A DNA stretch of 64,000 nucleotides from Rhynchobatus australiae (taxonomy: Eukaryota). The notes under the pieces were generated by a model. The model was given only the letters and a program-made list of their open reading frames with translations, was not told the DNA's origin and did no database searches. A program made the translations under genes and the position numbers. The stretch covers positions 24,714,618 to 24,778,617 of the forward strand of contig JAUZTB010000107.1 in NCBI GenBank assembly GCA_034780895.1, given 5' to 3'. This document shows, piece after piece, positions 63,745-64,000 of the stretch; within the stretch, counting starts at the first letter, position 1; each line of letters begins with the position of its first letter.

Positions 63745-64000
63745 GTCGGGTCATAGACAGCACAGGCCCTTCAGCCCATCCACACTATTCCCACTTGACC
63801 ACATTAGGACCGTATCCTCCTATGCTCCCTCTATTCAGGTGCCTGTCTCAATGCCTCCTAAGTGCAGTGATTGTATCTGATTCCATCAACTCCTCTGGCA
63901 GTGAGATCCAGATATCAAACGTGCTCTGGATAAAAAAAACTTGCTTGTCAAATCCCTTTAAAACTTCCTCCACTCACCGTTAACTTGTGCCCTCCTGTTT
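63745..64000 (-). mobile_element. CR1 3' end
   Basis: acagcacaggcccttcagccca...ccatcaactcctctggcagtgagatccag is the reverse complement of the CR1 terminus. Confidence 0.8.

Overview
Vertebrate genomic DNA with many N gaps. The repeat complement (CR1 and RTE LINEs, V-SINE/HE1-like and Deu-type SINEs, Penelope-like remnants) points to a cartilaginous fish, probably a batoid; this is inference. Two spliced genes converge tail to tail. (1) Plus strand, 1341-~12400: the last exons of an SLMAP-family tail-anchored coiled-coil gene, with a GC-AG intron and both alternative transmembrane-anchor exons (TM1 cassette, TM2 terminal). (2) Minus strand, ~37127 to ~14430, probably driven from a CpG island near 50 kb: a multi-exon gene that the ORF track shows only in fragments. 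Its exons splice in phase into a two-TM protein with a cysteine-rich extracellular loop resembling BK-channel beta subunits (KCNMB/CaKB, TipE-like). It differs from KCNMB1-4 in exon structure and cysteine spacing, and has a long cytoplasmic tail that ends either in a class I PDZ ligand (ETRV*) or in an extended spliced tail. This gene is the main candidate novelty. The right end (~57.8-63.5 kb) is CpG-retaining non-coding DNA, possibly upstream of a filamin gene. All homology calls are from recalled motifs, not searches, and repeat boundaries are approximate.
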